64,000 nt of DNA from an uncultured Chloroflexia bacterium (lineage in GTDB: Bacteria > Chloroflexota > Limnocylindria > Limnocylindrales > CSP1-4). The notes beneath the pieces were generated by a model, which did no database searches, was not told the origin of the DNA, and was given only the letters and a program-made list of their open reading frames with translations. Positions 13,081-23,626 of the stretch are shown here, piece by piece (positions within the stretch are counted from its first letter, which is position 1; each line of letters starts with the position of its first letter). A program made the position numbers and the translations under genes. Location: the NCBI GenBank assembly GCA_963779375.1, contig CAVZXW010000026.1, forward strand, positions 265,360 through 329,359. The letters are read 5' to 3'.

Positions 13081-13358
13081 GGATCCACCTGCCGGAACGG
13101 CGCACGAGCCCGCGCGGGCAGCACGAGCACCGCCGAACCGGGCGGCGAGCCAACGGTATGCCCCGGCACGCACCGCCGACAGCGCCGGGCGGCACGGCTG
13201 GCACGGGACGGACGGCAGGCCTCCGGCCCGACCCGCTCCAAGATAGGGCCGTTCTGCCCTACCCCGGGCACCAGCTCCGATGGCTCACTATCGCCGTGCG
13301 CAATTCCGACTCCAGTGCTCTGAAATCACCGCGGGTCGCCGGCGACGACCCACCGGGG

Positions 13359-13664
13359 ATGCCGGCCTCCCGGCCCCGCGTCACCGGCGCCGCCGGCCGT
13401 CGGCTCGACGATTCCGCCGGGCCCGGACCCGGGCCCGTGCAGGCAACCCTCGACGTCCTGGGCCCCGGCGACCGGGGGCGCGTCGTCTCGATCGACCCCG
13501 CCCGCCAGGTCGAGCTCGTGCAGCACGGCCTGGTCGAGGGCGTCGTGGTACGGCTCGAGTCGCGGGCGCCGTTCGGCGGCCCGGTCGTTCTCGGCATCGG
13601 GAGGGCGCGCCTCGCGATCGGACGCGAACTGGCCCGCGCGATCCGGGTCGAGCGGAGCGCATGA
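13359..13664 (+). CDS. feoA: FeoA-family protein
   Basis: SH3-like FeoA pattern LDVLGPGDRGRVVSIDPARQVELVQHGLVEGVVVRLESRAPFGGPVVLGIGRARLAIGRELARAIRV. The start is uncertain (ATG 13359 or GTG 13380). Confidence 0.6.
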   Translation: MPASRPRVTGAAGRRLDDSAGPGPGPVQATLDVLGPGDRGRVVSIDPARQVELVQHGLVEGVVVRLESRAPFGGPVVLGIGRARLAIGRELARAIRVERSA

Positions 13665-13746
13665 GTCGAGCGGAGCGCATGCACGGCTGTCACGAGCGCG
13701 CGAACGGCGACGTCCGGCGTGAACCCGGCGGCCGCGAGATTGGCGC

Positions 13747-15768
13747 GTGCAACCCGGGAGCCAGGGATGGCACCTCGCGCCGCGTGAGCCTCGGGCAGGC
13801 GGCCGAGGCCGCCCCGTGGGGACCCGGGCGGATCTGCCGGTGGTGGCGCTCGTGGGCCGTCCGAACGTCGGCAAGAGCACGCTGTTCGCGCGCGTCACGT
13901 CCCGGTACGCGGGCTCGGCCAACGCTCCCGGGACCACCGTCGGCGCGGACTGGCGGCAGGTATCCGCGGGCGGCCGCAAATCCTGGCTCGTCGACCTGCC
14001 CGGGACGCTGTCGCTCCAGGACCGCCCGACGTCCGGCGACCCCGCGTGGGCCCTCCTTCTCGACGTCGCCCCCGACGCGATCCTCGTGGTCGTGGACGCG
14101 ACGGACGTTGGCCGGCACCTGCCGCTGGTCCTCGCGTGCCGCGACCTGGGGCTCCCCGTGGTCGTCGCGGTGAACCTCTCCGACGAGGCGCGCCGCCTGC
14201 ACATCGCGGTCGACACCGGGCGGCTCTCACAGCTGCTGGTGGCGCCCGTCATCGCCACGAGCGGCCGGACGGGAGCCGGGGTCGATGCCGCGCTGGCCGC
14301 CGCGGTTCGGCTGGCAAGCCAGCGCAGGGCGTTCGCCGCGGGCCTGGCATCCCCGAGGGGCACCGTCCCCGCCGGCCTCTACGGACCGCAGCTGGAGCTG
14401 GAGCTCGACCGCGTGGCGCGCCGCCTGCGGGAAGGTACCTCGCTCGGCGCCGCCGTGCTCGACCCCACCGGCGTGGGGGATTACCTGCACCGGGCGCTCC
14501 TCTCCCCTCGCGGCGCGGCGTCGATCGAGCTGTCCGGCCGGCTGGAGCCGCTGCGCTGGCAGCTCGGGGAACGGTGGGCGGACCAGGTCGTCGTCGACGA
14601 ACGTGAGTCGGGCGCGACGGAGTCGCGCGGCGAGCGGCTGGCCCGGCTGAGCACACAGGCGTGGCCCGGGATCCCCCTCTTCGCCGCACTCGTGGTCGGC
14701 ACGCTGCTGGTCATGATGGCGGTGGGCGGCGTCCTGTCGGCTGTGCTCGCGGCGGCGTGGGCGGCCACCGCATCGCCGCTGCTGGCGGTCGCGGTCCCCG
14801 CGATCGTGCCGCAGCCACTGGTCGCGCACACGCTGCTGTGGGCGCTCGACGGCGGCGTCCTGGCCGTGCTGACGGTGGGCATCCCGTACGTGCTGACGTT
14901 CTACGTGCTCCTCGCCGTGCTCGAGGACTCGGGGTACCTGACCACCACGGCCGTGCTCACGGACCGGCTGTTCAATGCGCTCGGCCTCCCGGGCCGCGCC
15001 GCGATCCCGCTCATTGCCGCGACCGGCTGCAACGTGCCGGCCATCTATGGGACGCGCGTCCTGGCCACGCGCCGGGAACGCCTGCTCGCATCGTTCCTCG
15101 CCACCATGACCCCCTGCTCGGCGCGGTCCGCAGTGATCGTGGGGGCCCTGGCGCCCTTCGTGGGCCCGGTGGCGGCCCTTGCGGCGTTCGGGGTGGTTGC
15201 GTTGCTCACGGTGGCCGGCGGCGTCGCCGCCAACGCCATGATCCCGGGACGCCAGCCACCGCTCGTGCTCGAGCTGACGCCGCTGCGCCGCCCCGTGGCG
15301 TCGCTCGTCGCGGCCCGCGCGTGGCACCGCTTCCGGGCGTTCGTGACCGAGGCGGCACCATTCATGCTCGTCGGATCCCTGGTCCTCGGCTTCGTGTACG
15401 AGAGCGGCCTCGTCTGGCCACTCGCCACGGTCACGGACCCGGTGGTCCGGAACTGGCTCGGGCTTCCGTCCGTGGCCGGGCTCGCGCTCGTCTTCGGGTT
15501 CCTCCGCAAGGAACTCGCCCTGCAGCTGCTCGTGGCCCTGGCGATCGTGCAGTTCGGGCCGCAGGCGGCGAACCTCGGGCGCTTCATGTCGCCCGCCCAG
15601 CTCTTCGTCTACGCCGTGGTCGTCTCCGTGTCGGTCCCCTGCGTCGCCACGTTTGCCGCACTGCGCGCGGAGCACGGCTGGCGCCCCGCGCTGGCGATGT
15701 CCGCCGGGAGCCTGGGGATCGCGCTCGGCGCGGGCGGCGTCCTGGCGCGCGTGCTCGGGGCGGCCTGA
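13747..15768 (+). CDS. feoB: ferrous iron transporter FeoB
   Basis: G-domain VVALVGRPNVGKSTLF...DLPGT...VVVDATD...VAVNLSDE plus a polytopic C-terminal permease domain. Confidence 0.85.
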   Translation: MQPGSQGWHLAPREPRAGGRGRPVGTRADLPVVALVGRPNVGKSTLFARVTSRYAGSANAPGTTVGADWRQVSAGGRKSWLVDLPGTLSLQDRPTSGDPAWALLLDVAPDAILVVVDATDVGRHLPLVLACRDLGLPVVVAVNLSDEARRLHIAVDTGRLSQLLVAPVIATSGRTGAGVDAALAAAVRLASQRRAFAAGLASPRGTVPAGLYGPQLELELDRVARRLREGTSLGAAVLDPTGVGDYLHRALLSPRGAASIELSGRLEPLRWQLGERWADQVVVDERESGATESRGERLARLSTQAWPGIPLFAALVVGTLLVMMAVGGVLSAVLAAAWAATASPLLAVAVPAIVPQPLVAHTLLWALDGGVLAVLTVGIPYVLTFYVLLAVLEDSGYLTTTAVLTDRLFNALGLPGRAAIPLIAATGCNVPAIYGTRVLATRRERLLASFLATMTPCSARSAVIVGALAPFVGPVAALAAFGVVALLTVAGGVAANAMIPGRQPPLVLELTPLRRPVASLVAARAWHRFRAFVTEAAPFMLVGSLVLGFVYESGLVWPLATVTDPVVRNWLGLPSVAGLALVFGFLRKELALQLLVALAIVQFGPQAANLGRFMSPAQLFVYAVVVSVSVPCVATFAALRAEHGWRPALAMSAGSLGIALGAGGVLARVLGAA

Positions 15769-15805
15769 CGCCCGCAGGGTTCGACTCGGGCGAGGCGCCA
15801 GCGGA

Positions 15806-18286
15806 TCAGTCGGGCGACCCGCCGCGCACCGTGCGGGGACCGGCGGCCGGGAACGGCCCATCCCCTTCGAGCTCGCCGAAGCCGAGGTGTTCGGCGAGGC
15901 GCGCCAGCGGCCCGGGTGCCCACCAGTTCCAGTGCCCGAGCAGGCGCATCGTGGCCGGGACCAGCAGGATGCGGATGATCGTCGCGTCGATGAGCACGGC
16001 GATCGCCATGCCCACGCCGATGCTCTTGATCGTGATCGTGTCGGCCAGCGAGAACGCCGCGAACACCGTCACCATGATCATCGCCGCGCCCGTGATCACG
16101 CCGGCCGTCCGCGCCAGACCCTCCGCCACCGCGCCGTGTTGTCGCCCGTCCGCCGGTATGCCTCCTGGATCCGCGAGAGCAGCAGCACCTCGTAGTCCAT
16201 GGAGAGCCCGAAGATCACCGCGAACATGATGACGGGTTGCCCGCCATCGTGTACCCCGGCGACTGGAAGTGCAGCACGTCCTGCAGGTGGCCCTGCTGGA
16301 AGATCCAGACCAGTGCCCCGAAGCTTGCGGTGAGCGACAGCAGCGTCATGAACACCGCCTTGATCGGCAGCACCACGGATCCGAAGAGCAGGAACAGGAC
16401 CAGCAGCATCGCCAGGATGACCGTCCCGAGCAGCAGCGGCAGCGAGTTGTCCATGCTCGCCAGGAAGTCGTAGCCGCCGGCCGGCCTGGCCGCCGACCTC
16501 GGTCGTGATCCCGTTCCCGGCGTCGACCGCCCGCACCGTCGGGATCAGCGCGGTCGCGGCGGGCGTCGACGGCGTATAGCGGGCTGACCGCGTCCAACTT
16601 GACCACCGAACCGCGCACGTAGGCGGCGAGCAGCGGCTGCGCCGGTCGCCTGGATGGCCGGCGTCCTGCCAGGCCAGCGCGATCGGTCGGGCGTCATCGG
16701 CGCCCCGGTCTGCGGGTTCGCGAACCCGCTGAACGGGCTCTCCACCCGCGAGATCCCCGGCACCGCCGCCAGGTCCGCCGCGTACGCGGCCAGCGCGCCG
16801 GCGTTGGCCGGGCTCGTCGGGTCGCCGGGCACGTCGGCGAGGACTGCGATCGGGGTGGTCTCACCGGCGGGGAACCGTGTCTGGAGCGCGACGTACGCGT
16901 CGCGGCTCGGGGACGCCGGCCGGGTAGCATCGCCGCGTCCGGGACGGCCTGCTGGATGCTGAGAACGGGCATCCCGAGCCCGAGCAGGAGCGCAGCGAGC
17001 ACCGGCGCGAACACCAGCAGCGGGTGCCGCATCACCCCGCGGGCCAGGCGTCGCCAGCGCCCGCCCGGATCGGCCGCGGAGGTGCGTACCGGCAGAGGCG
17101 GCATCTGCCTGAAGCCGATGCGCCGGAACAGCGCCGGATCACGCTCAGTGAGTTCACCCGCGGACCCAGCATCCCGAGGACGGCGGGCAGGAACGTGAGC
17201 GCGTAACAGACGCCGAAGAGCACGACCAGCGCGCCGCCGATCGCCGATCGAGCCAGCGCGGGGGACTGGAAGACGCATCAGCCCCGGAGAGCCCGATCGC
17301 CACGGTCGATCGCCGGAGAACGCCACGGCCTTCCCGCTCGTCGCGACGGCCGATTCCACCGCCTCCGCGACCGTTCGTCCGGCGGCGCCAACTCCTCGCG
17401 GAAGCGGCTGACGAGGAACAGCGAGTAGTCGATCGCGAGCGCCAGGCCGAGCATCGTGCTCACGTTGAGGACGAACACGCTCATCTGCGTGTGCTGCGCG
17501 AGGAGGTACACGAACGCGAGCGTCGTCGGGATCGTGAGCCCGGCGACGAGGAGCGGCAGGCCGGCCGCGACGACGGACCCGAACACGCCGATGAGGATCA
17601 CCAGGGCGAGGGGAAGCGAGACCGTCTCTGCCCGCTGCAGGTCCTGCTCGGACTGCTGCGCCGACTCGACCGTGATCGGCGCGTACCCGGTGAGCTGGAC
17701 CACCGTCCCGGGCGGCGTCGAGATCTCCGCGCGCAGGCTCGGCAGCTGGGCGACGGACTGCTCGTCCGTGGCCGCGAGGCTCGACGACGACGTACGCGTC
17801 ACGTCCGTCCGTGCTGATGAACCGGCTCGAGTGGGTCTGCGCATACCCGACGATCTCCGCGACGCGCGGGTCCGAACCGAGTCGCGAGAGGCTCGCGGCA
17901 ATGCCGGCCTGGAACGAGGGCGAGGTCGCGCTCGTACCGGCCGCGCCCCGGTACAGGACGAGCAGGCTGCTCCTGCCGGTGCTGAAGTCGGCCGCGAGCC
18001 GGTTGGCGACCTGCGCGGATTGCGAGCTGTTGTCGAGCCATCCCCCGGAGTCGAGCTCGCCCGATGCCTGGGAGGCCCAGCGGATGGAGAGCAGCGCGGC
18101 GGCGACGGTCAGGACGACGACGACGCGGCGAAACCGGTAGACGAACGCGCCCCAGCGACCGAACACGGTGTGTACCCCAGGTGGCGGTCGGGCTCGCGGG
18201 ACGGCTGCCAGGCTGCACTGGCGCGGGCGCTCGACCGGAGGCCACAGGATACGGGAAGACCCGCGACGCCGCCCTCGTGCTGTCAC
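15806..18286 (-). pseudogene. Second MMPL-family transporter broken into at least six reading frames
   Basis: C-terminus AIAVLIDATIIRILLVPATMRLLGHWNWWAP in ORF 15806..16129. [22 protein letters not shown] in 16096..16536. TM block in 16215..16454. Central LAIDYSLFLVSRFREELA in 17278..17901. N-terminus VFGRWGAFVYRFRRVVVVLTVAAALLS...SLLVLYRG in 16694..18286. Confidence 0.7.
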
Positions 18287-18325
18287 TCCGCCCGAGGCAT
18301 CGGCTCCGGGGCCGTCGGGACGACC

Positions 18326-19027
18326 TCAGCCGGCCCCGCCGCGTCGCGCCGCCCGCAGCCGCCCGGCTCGCAGCCGCGCGGCCCGCAGCCGCTCGGCCCG
18401 CAGCCGCCCGGCCCGCAGCCGCTCGGCCCACCAGGTCACGATCAATACCTCGGCCAGGGCAGCGAGGACCCACCCGAGCCCGCCCGGGTCCCACGGGCCC
18501 GCCGCGATTCCCGTGGGCCGGATGCGCACGAGCGGGATCCCGGCCGTCGCCCGCAGCAGCGCCTCGTCGCTGGCACGGCGCGGGTCGAGACCGAGGGTCG
18601 CCATCCCGACCAGGCCGCAGCCGATGGCGGCGGCGCGCATGCCGCGGAGCCGCTCGGCCGGCTCGGTGACTTCCTCCGCGCGTCCCGCGAGGGCCCGCCC
18701 CGGAAGGACGACCTCGACGTTCGGATCGGCCTCGATGTTGCGCAGCCACTGCGTGCGCCGCCCGAAGCCGGCCATCACGTAGACGTTGCCGCCGGCGAGC
18801 CCGTAGCCCAGCGGCGCCTCGCGCATCACTCCCGACGTCCGGCCGCGCGTCCGCAGCAGCACGAAGTACCCGCCGAACGGCGTGCCCCAGGCGGGCGCAA
18901 GGCCGGCCCGGATGATCGGCACGCCGAGCCAGCGGTTGACGACGAGGAACCCCCGGTGCATGACCGGGAGCCATCGTGACATCCGGGGCCCGTACGGCAG
19001 GACCTCGGGGACGGTCGGCGTCTCCAT
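18326..19027 (-). CDS. DUF385/Ddn-family deazaflavin (F420H2)-dependent nitroreductase-like protein with a C-terminal (E/G)RLRA(A/G) tandem-repeat tail
   Basis: MSRWLPVMHRGFLVVNRWLG...LLRTRGRTSGVMREAPLGYGL...GFGRRTQWLRNIEADPNVEVVL matches the Ddn/DUF385 pattern. It is the C-terminal 233 aa of the 814-aa antisense-extended ORF. Confidence 0.7.
   Translation of the reverse strand: METPTVPEVLPYGPRMSRWLPVMHRGFLVVNRWLGVPIIRAGLAPAWGTPFGGYFVLLRTRGRTSGVMREAPLGYGLAGGNVYVMAGFGRRTQWLRNIEADPNVEVVLPGRALAGRAEEVTEPAERLRGMRAAAIGCGLVGMATLGLDPRRASDEALLRATAGIPLVRIRPTGIAAGPWDPGGLGWVLAALAEVLIVTWWAERLRAGRLRAERLRAARLRAGRLRAARRGGAG
18338..18412. repeat. Five tandem copies of a 15-bp unit CCCGCAGCCGC(C/T)CGG inside the 3' end of the DUF385 gene
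   Basis: Read directly from the sequence. Encodes five in-frame RLRAx pentapeptide repeats. Confidence 0.7.
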
Positions 19028-19210
19028 GGCAGGCCGCTCGCCCTCGGGGCATGCAGCGGGCGCGGGCACCGGTGTCCCCGTGACCCGACCTTTGCCTTCG
19101 ACCCGCCCCACGCCCGCGACCCTGCCGCTCCCGGAGGCGCCGGGCAAGTGCCACACGGCCGTGTCGGGCCGCATCCGTAGAATGAGCCGGACCGATCCAA
19201 GGAGGGAACC

Positions 19211-20959
19211 GTGCCCGACACCACGCTGCCGTACGACCGGCCCAGCGATCCCGCAAAGCGGCGGTCTGCCGCGCTCACCGACGGCCCCGACCGTGCCCCC
19301 GCAAGGGCCATGCTCAAGGCGATCGGGTTCACCGACGACGACCTCGCCCGGCCGATCATCGGCGTCGCGTCGACGTGGATCGAGACGATGCCCTGCAACT
19401 GGAACCAGCGGGAGCTGGCCGAGCAGGTCAAGGAGGGCATCAGGGCCGCCGGCGGCACCCCCATGGAATTCGACACGATCGCGATCAGCGACGGCGTGTC
19501 CATGGGCACGGAGGGCATGAAGGCGAGCCTGGTCAGCCGCGAGGTGATCGCCGACTCCATCGAGCTCGTCGCACGCGGCCACCTCTTCGACGGCCTCGTG
19601 TGCCTGGTGGGCTGCGACAAGACGATCCCGGCGGCCGTCATGGCCCTGGGGCGCCTCGACATCCCCGGCGTCGTGCTCTACAACGGCACGATCCTTCCGG
19701 GCAAGTTCCGCGGCCGCGACGTCACCGTGCAATCCGTCTTCGAGGCGGTGGGCGCCTACGAGGCCGGCACCATGAGCGGCCAGGACCTGTGGGAACTGGA
19801 GAACGTGGCGTGCCCCGGAGCAGGCGCCTGCGGCGGCCAGTTCACGGCGAACACGATGAGCACGGCCCTGGAGTTCCTCGGCATCTCGCCGGCCGGGATG
19901 AACGGCATTCCGGCCCCGTTTCCGGAGAAGCTCGGCGCGGCCCGCGCAACGGGCGAGCTTGCCGTCAGGCTCGTCCGTGAGGACATTCGCCCGAGCGCCA
20001 TCGTCACGCGCCAGGCCCTCGAGAACGCCGTCGCGTCGGTGGCGGCGACGGGAGGCTCGACCAACGGCCTGCTGCACCTCCTCGCAATCGCCCGCAGCTT
20101 CGGCGTCCCTCTGACCATCGACGAATTCGGCGAGATCGCGGACCGGACCCCGATCCTGGCCGATCTCGTGCCCGGTGGCCGGTTCGTGGCCCTCGACATC
20201 CACAACGCGGGCGGCGTCGCCCTGGTCATGCGCGAGCTCCTGAAGCGGGGCCTGCTGCATGGCGAGGCCCGGACCGTCGACGGCAGGACGATCGCCGAGA
20301 TCGGCGGCGCCGTGCGGGAGACGCCCGGCCAGGAGGTCGTGCGGCCCATCGAGCGGCCGTTGAAGGAGCGCGGGGGCCTGACGATCCTCCATGGAACGCT
20401 CGCGCCGGACGGCTGCGTGATCAAGCTCGCCGGTCACGAGCGGCGCGAGTTCCGCGGCCCGGCCCGCGTATTCGACTCGGAGGAGGCGAGCTTCGCGGCC
20501 GTCAAGGCGCGCGAGATCCAGCCCGGCGACTGCGTCGTGATCCGCTACGAAGGCCCGGCCGGCGGACCCGGCATGCGCGAGATGCTGCACGTGACGGCCG
20601 CCCTCGTGGGCGAGGGACTCGGCGACAGCATCGCGCTGCTGACGGACGGCCGGTTCAGCGGCGCCACGCACGGCCTGATGGTGGGCCACGTCGCCCCCGA
20701 GGCCGCGCTCGGTGGCCCGATCGCGCTCGTGGAGGAGGGCGACACGATCGTCATCGACGTCGACCGCCACGCGCTCGACCTCGACGTCCCGGCCGAGGAG
20801 CTGGAACGACGGCGAGCCGCCTGGCAGCCGCCAACCCCAAGGTACACGACCGGTGTCTTCGCAAAGTACGCCGCGCTCGTGGCGTCCGCGAGCGAAGGCG
20901 CGGTGACCGATCCTGGCGCGCGGCGGACGGCCGCGGGCGCCGCCTCAGGGTCGCGCTGA
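19211..20959 (+). CDS. ilvD: dihydroxy-acid dehydratase
   Basis: IlvD/EDD family: PIIGVASTWIETMPCN, CDKTIPAA, GTMSGQDL...CPGAGACGGQFTANTM. TAGAAT -10 at 19178..19183 and AAGGAGGGA RBS before GTG 19211. Confidence 0.9.
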   Translation: MPDTTLPYDRPSDPAKRRSAALTDGPDRAPARAMLKAIGFTDDDLARPIIGVASTWIETMPCNWNQRELAEQVKEGIRAAGGTPMEFDTIAISDGVSMGTEGMKASLVSREVIADSIELVARGHLFDGLVCLVGCDKTIPAAVMALGRLDIPGVVLYNGTILPGKFRGRDVTVQSVFEAVGAYEAGTMSGQDLWELENVACPGAGACGGQFTANTMSTALEFLGISPAGMNGIPAPFPEKLGAARATGELAVRLVREDIRPSAIVTRQALENAVASVAATGGSTNGLLHLLAIARSFGVPLTIDEFGEIADRTPILADLVPGGRFVALDIHNAGGVALVMRELLKRGLLHGEARTVDGRTIAEIGGAVRETPGQEVVRPIERPLKERGGLTILHGTLAPDGCVIKLAGHERREFRGPARVFDSEEASFAAVKAREIQPGDCVVIRYEGPAGGPGMREMLHVTAALVGEGLGDSIALLTDGRFSGATHGLMVGHVAPEAALGGPIALVEEGDTIVIDVDRHALDLDVPAEELERRRAAWQPPTPRYTTGVFAKYAALVASASEGAVTDPGARRTAAGAASGSR

Positions 20960-21044
20960 ACGCCGCGACGAAGCCCGGACCGCGTGCTGGTACGGCCCCT
21001 CACCATGCGAGCCCACGTGGGGGCCAGGCCACGACGATGACGGC

Positions 21045-21590
21045 GTGGACGAGACCGGACCCATCCTGACGGCGCCGCGACGTGCCTTCATCGAGCAGGC
21101 GCGTCGCGCCGTGCTGGTGACCGCGGGTTCGGACGGCACGCTCCGGCCCGTACCGGTGTGTTTTGCGCTCGCGCCCCCGCCCCGCGACGTCCTGTGGACT
21201 CCGCTCGACGAGAAGCCCAAGCAGGCGGGGGATCCCCGGAGGCTCGCACGGGTGCGCGACATCCTCGCCCGTCCCGAGGTCGCGCTCCTGGTCGATCGCT
21301 GGGACGAGGACTGGTCGCGCCTGGGATGGCTCCGCCTGGAGGGCAGCGCCCGGCTGCTGGAGCCGGATGGCAGGCCGCCGGACGAGGTGGAGCCGGCAGG
21401 CGTGGACGACCGCGACCGCTTCCGGGCCACCGATCCGGCCGAGCACGCTCGAGCCGTCGCGGCGCTGCGAGCCCGCTACCCGCAGTACGTCGCGCACGCC
21501 CTCGAGCGGCTGCCGGTCATCCGCGTGTCCGTGTCCCGGGCCGTGGGCTGGGGGACGGCGCTCACCACGTCCCCGGCTTCGCGCCGGTGA
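21045..21590 (+). CDS. PPOX-class (pyridoxamine 5'-phosphate oxidase-like) probable F420-dependent enzyme
   Basis: AFIEQARRAVLVTAGSDGTLRPVPVCFA...LWTPLDEKPK...RLARVRDILARPEVALLVDRWDEDW is typical of the actinobacterial PPOX F420 family. Confidence 0.65.
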   Translation: MDETGPILTAPRRAFIEQARRAVLVTAGSDGTLRPVPVCFALAPPPRDVLWTPLDEKPKQAGDPRRLARVRDILARPEVALLVDRWDEDWSRLGWLRLEGSARLLEPDGRPPDEVEPAGVDDRDRFRATDPAEHARAVAALRARYPQYVAHALERLPVIRVSVSRAVGWGTALTTSPASRR

Positions 21591-21792
21591 GCTTCGCCTC
21601 GGAACCCACGACCAGCACGGACGTGGTCGTTTGGCACGACGAGCGTCGCCACCAGCCGTCAGCCGCCCGGGCCGCGGATCCCGGCGCCTACTACACGTGC
21701 CCGCACGTGCCGGGAGATCCCATCAGCCATGAGTACAACGGCCTGACCTACGTCGGCGAGTAGCTGGCGCGGAGGCCTGGAGTCCCCGGGTC

Positions 21793-22293
21793 TTACTCCC
21801 CCGGCGGCGCCTTGATCAGCTTTCCCCGCCGCGTGATGGCACGGTCGGCGAGCGCGGCAACGCCCATCGCAACCAGTGCCCGCTCCGCGGCGGGGAGCGG
21901 GCGCACCACGGCCAGGAACTGCTCCGCCCGCGCGCGATCCACCTGGCCCAGGAGCGCGGCGCCCGAGTCCGTCAGCGCCAGGGTCCGCTCGCGGCGGTCG
22001 GCCAGCTCCTCGTTGCGGACGAGCAGCCCCCGGTGCTCGAGTCCCGACACGACCCGGCTCGTGGCCGACGGCGAGCGACCCAGGTAGCTCGCGAGCTCCC
22101 CCACCGTGAGCGTCACCGTGCCCGCGACGGAGTAGAGCGCGGCGAGCTGCGTGAACCCCAGCCCGAGCTCCGCGAGCTGACCCGCGAACCCGATGACGAG
22201 CTCGCGCCACAGCGCGCGGCCCATGGCGATCCGGTCGGAGAGCTGGCGCGGGTTCTGGAGCTCTGCGCCGGCCGCCTCGACCACCCGGCTCAT
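21793..22293 (-). CDS. MarR-family transcriptional regulator; start trimmed to ATG 22293
   Basis: Winged-helix block LTVGELASYLGRSPSATSRVVSGLEHRGLLVRNEELADRRERTLALTDSG. Confidence 0.7.
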   Translation of the reverse strand: MSRVVEAAGAELQNPRQLSDRIAMGRALWRELVIGFAGQLAELGLGFTQLAALYSVAGTVTLTVGELASYLGRSPSATSRVVSGLEHRGLLVRNEELADRRERTLALTDSGAALLGQVDRARAEQFLAVVRPLPAAERALVAMGVAALADRAITRRGKLIKAPPGE

Positions 22294-22584
22294 GACGGCG
22301 TCGGCGACCGGGGCCCCGCCCTGCCGGGGCAGCACGCCCGGGGCAGCGACCGTGCCACCGGCTCGCCGGGGCGACAGGCCCGATGGCGGGAGGGCCCGTG
22401 CTCCGTGCGGCCCTGACCTGGCGCCTTCTCCATCCATCCGCGGAGCATAGCCGCAACCCGGATATGTGCGAGCTTGCACGCGAATCAGGCGCCTCGAACC
22501 CGGCTGCTGCTACGGTGGCGGCGCACGGGCCGCCGCTGTCGTGCGTCCGCTTGGGACGGCGGCCGCCTCACCAGAGGGAGGAGC

Positions 22585-23572
22585 ATGGGCAGCGTCGCGT
22601 TCGTCTTCCCCGGCCAGGGATCGCAGTACGTCGGCATGGGACGTGCGCTGGCGGAACAGTCGCCCGCCGCTGCGGCGGTGTTCGCCGAGGCGGACGCGGC
22701 GCTCGGCGAGGCGCTGTCGGGCCTGGCCTGGACGGGCGACCCTTCGGAGCTGGACCTGACGGTGAACGCGCAACCGGCGCTGGTTGCGACGTCGATCGCC
22801 TACCTCCGTGCATGGCAGGAGCGCCTCGCGTCGTCCGGGTTCGAGCCGCCCGTGCCCGCCTTCCTGGCCGGCCACTCGATGGGCCAGTACACGGCGATGG
22901 TGGCCGCAGGCGTCATCTCGCTGACCGACGGCGTCCGCCTGGTGCGGGAGCGGGGGCGGTTGATGCAGGCGTCGGGATCCGGACGGGACGGGGCGATGGC
23001 CGCCGTGATCGGGCTGGACGACGCGCGCCTCGCCGGACCTCGAGTCCGCCGGATCGGCCGCGGGTGTCTTCACCATCGCCAACCGCAACTCGCCCGGACA
23101 GGTCGTGATCAGCGGAGAGCGCGCAGCCGTCGAGGCCGCCGTCGCCGCCGCGAAATCGCTGGGGGCTCGCCGCGCCGTGCTGCTTCCGGTCAGCGTGGCC
23201 GCCCACTCTCCGCTCATGGCAGAGGCCCCGCAGGGCATGCGCGGGGCCCTCGCCGGCGTCCCGTTCCATGACCCGGCATCACCGCTGCTCGCGAACGCCG
23301 ACGCGCGCCCGCTCACGACGGGTGAATCGTGTCGCGCCGAGCTCGTCGACCACCTGACGTCGGGCGTGGACTGGGTCGCCGCCGTCCGCGCGATGTCGGC
23401 GACGGGCGTGACGACGTTCGTCGAGATCGGGCCCGGTCGCGTCCTGACCGGACTCGTGAAGCGCATCGCCCCCGACGCGGCCGCCATCGCGCTCGACGAG
23501 GCCGACGCTCCGGGCCGCCTCGCGGTCCCGGACCTGGGCGCTCAGCGCGGTGCGGTGTCCGCGACCCCATGA
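22585..23572 (+). pseudogene. fabD: malonyl CoA-ACP transacylase with one frameshift near 23033..23040
   Basis: VAFVFPGQGSQYVGMG and GHSMGQYTAMVAAG in frame 1. FTIANRNSPGQVVISGERAAVEAAV...VAAHSPLM continues in ORF 23105..23572. GGGAGGAG RBS before ATG 22585. Confidence 0.75.
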
Positions 23573-23626
23573 CCAGCCTTCATTCCGCCCATCGCCTGTA
23601 CACAGTTCCGAGGAGAACCGCGCACC

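Noticed and set aside
15770-15800. tRNA-like GGTTCGACTCGG motif after feoB
   Set aside because: No acceptor, D-arm or anticodon-arm complementarity can be built around it. It reads as an isolated T-loop-like string.
13280-15861. Arg-rich ORFs 13280..14173 (+), 13326..14363 (-) and 14227..15861 (-) overlapping feoA/feoB
   Set aside because: These are alternative-frame or antisense artefacts. FeoA and FeoB explain the region with clear motifs.
17799-20770. Very long Arg/Pro/Gly-rich ORFs (485 aa at 17799..19256 minus; the N-terminal ~580 aa of the 814-aa ORF 18326..20770 minus)
   Set aside because: They are antisense to the mmpL2 remnant and to ilvD, and they have no domain content. Long shadow ORFs of this kind are expected in 72% GC DNA. 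Only the C-terminal 233 codons (the DUF385 protein) were kept.
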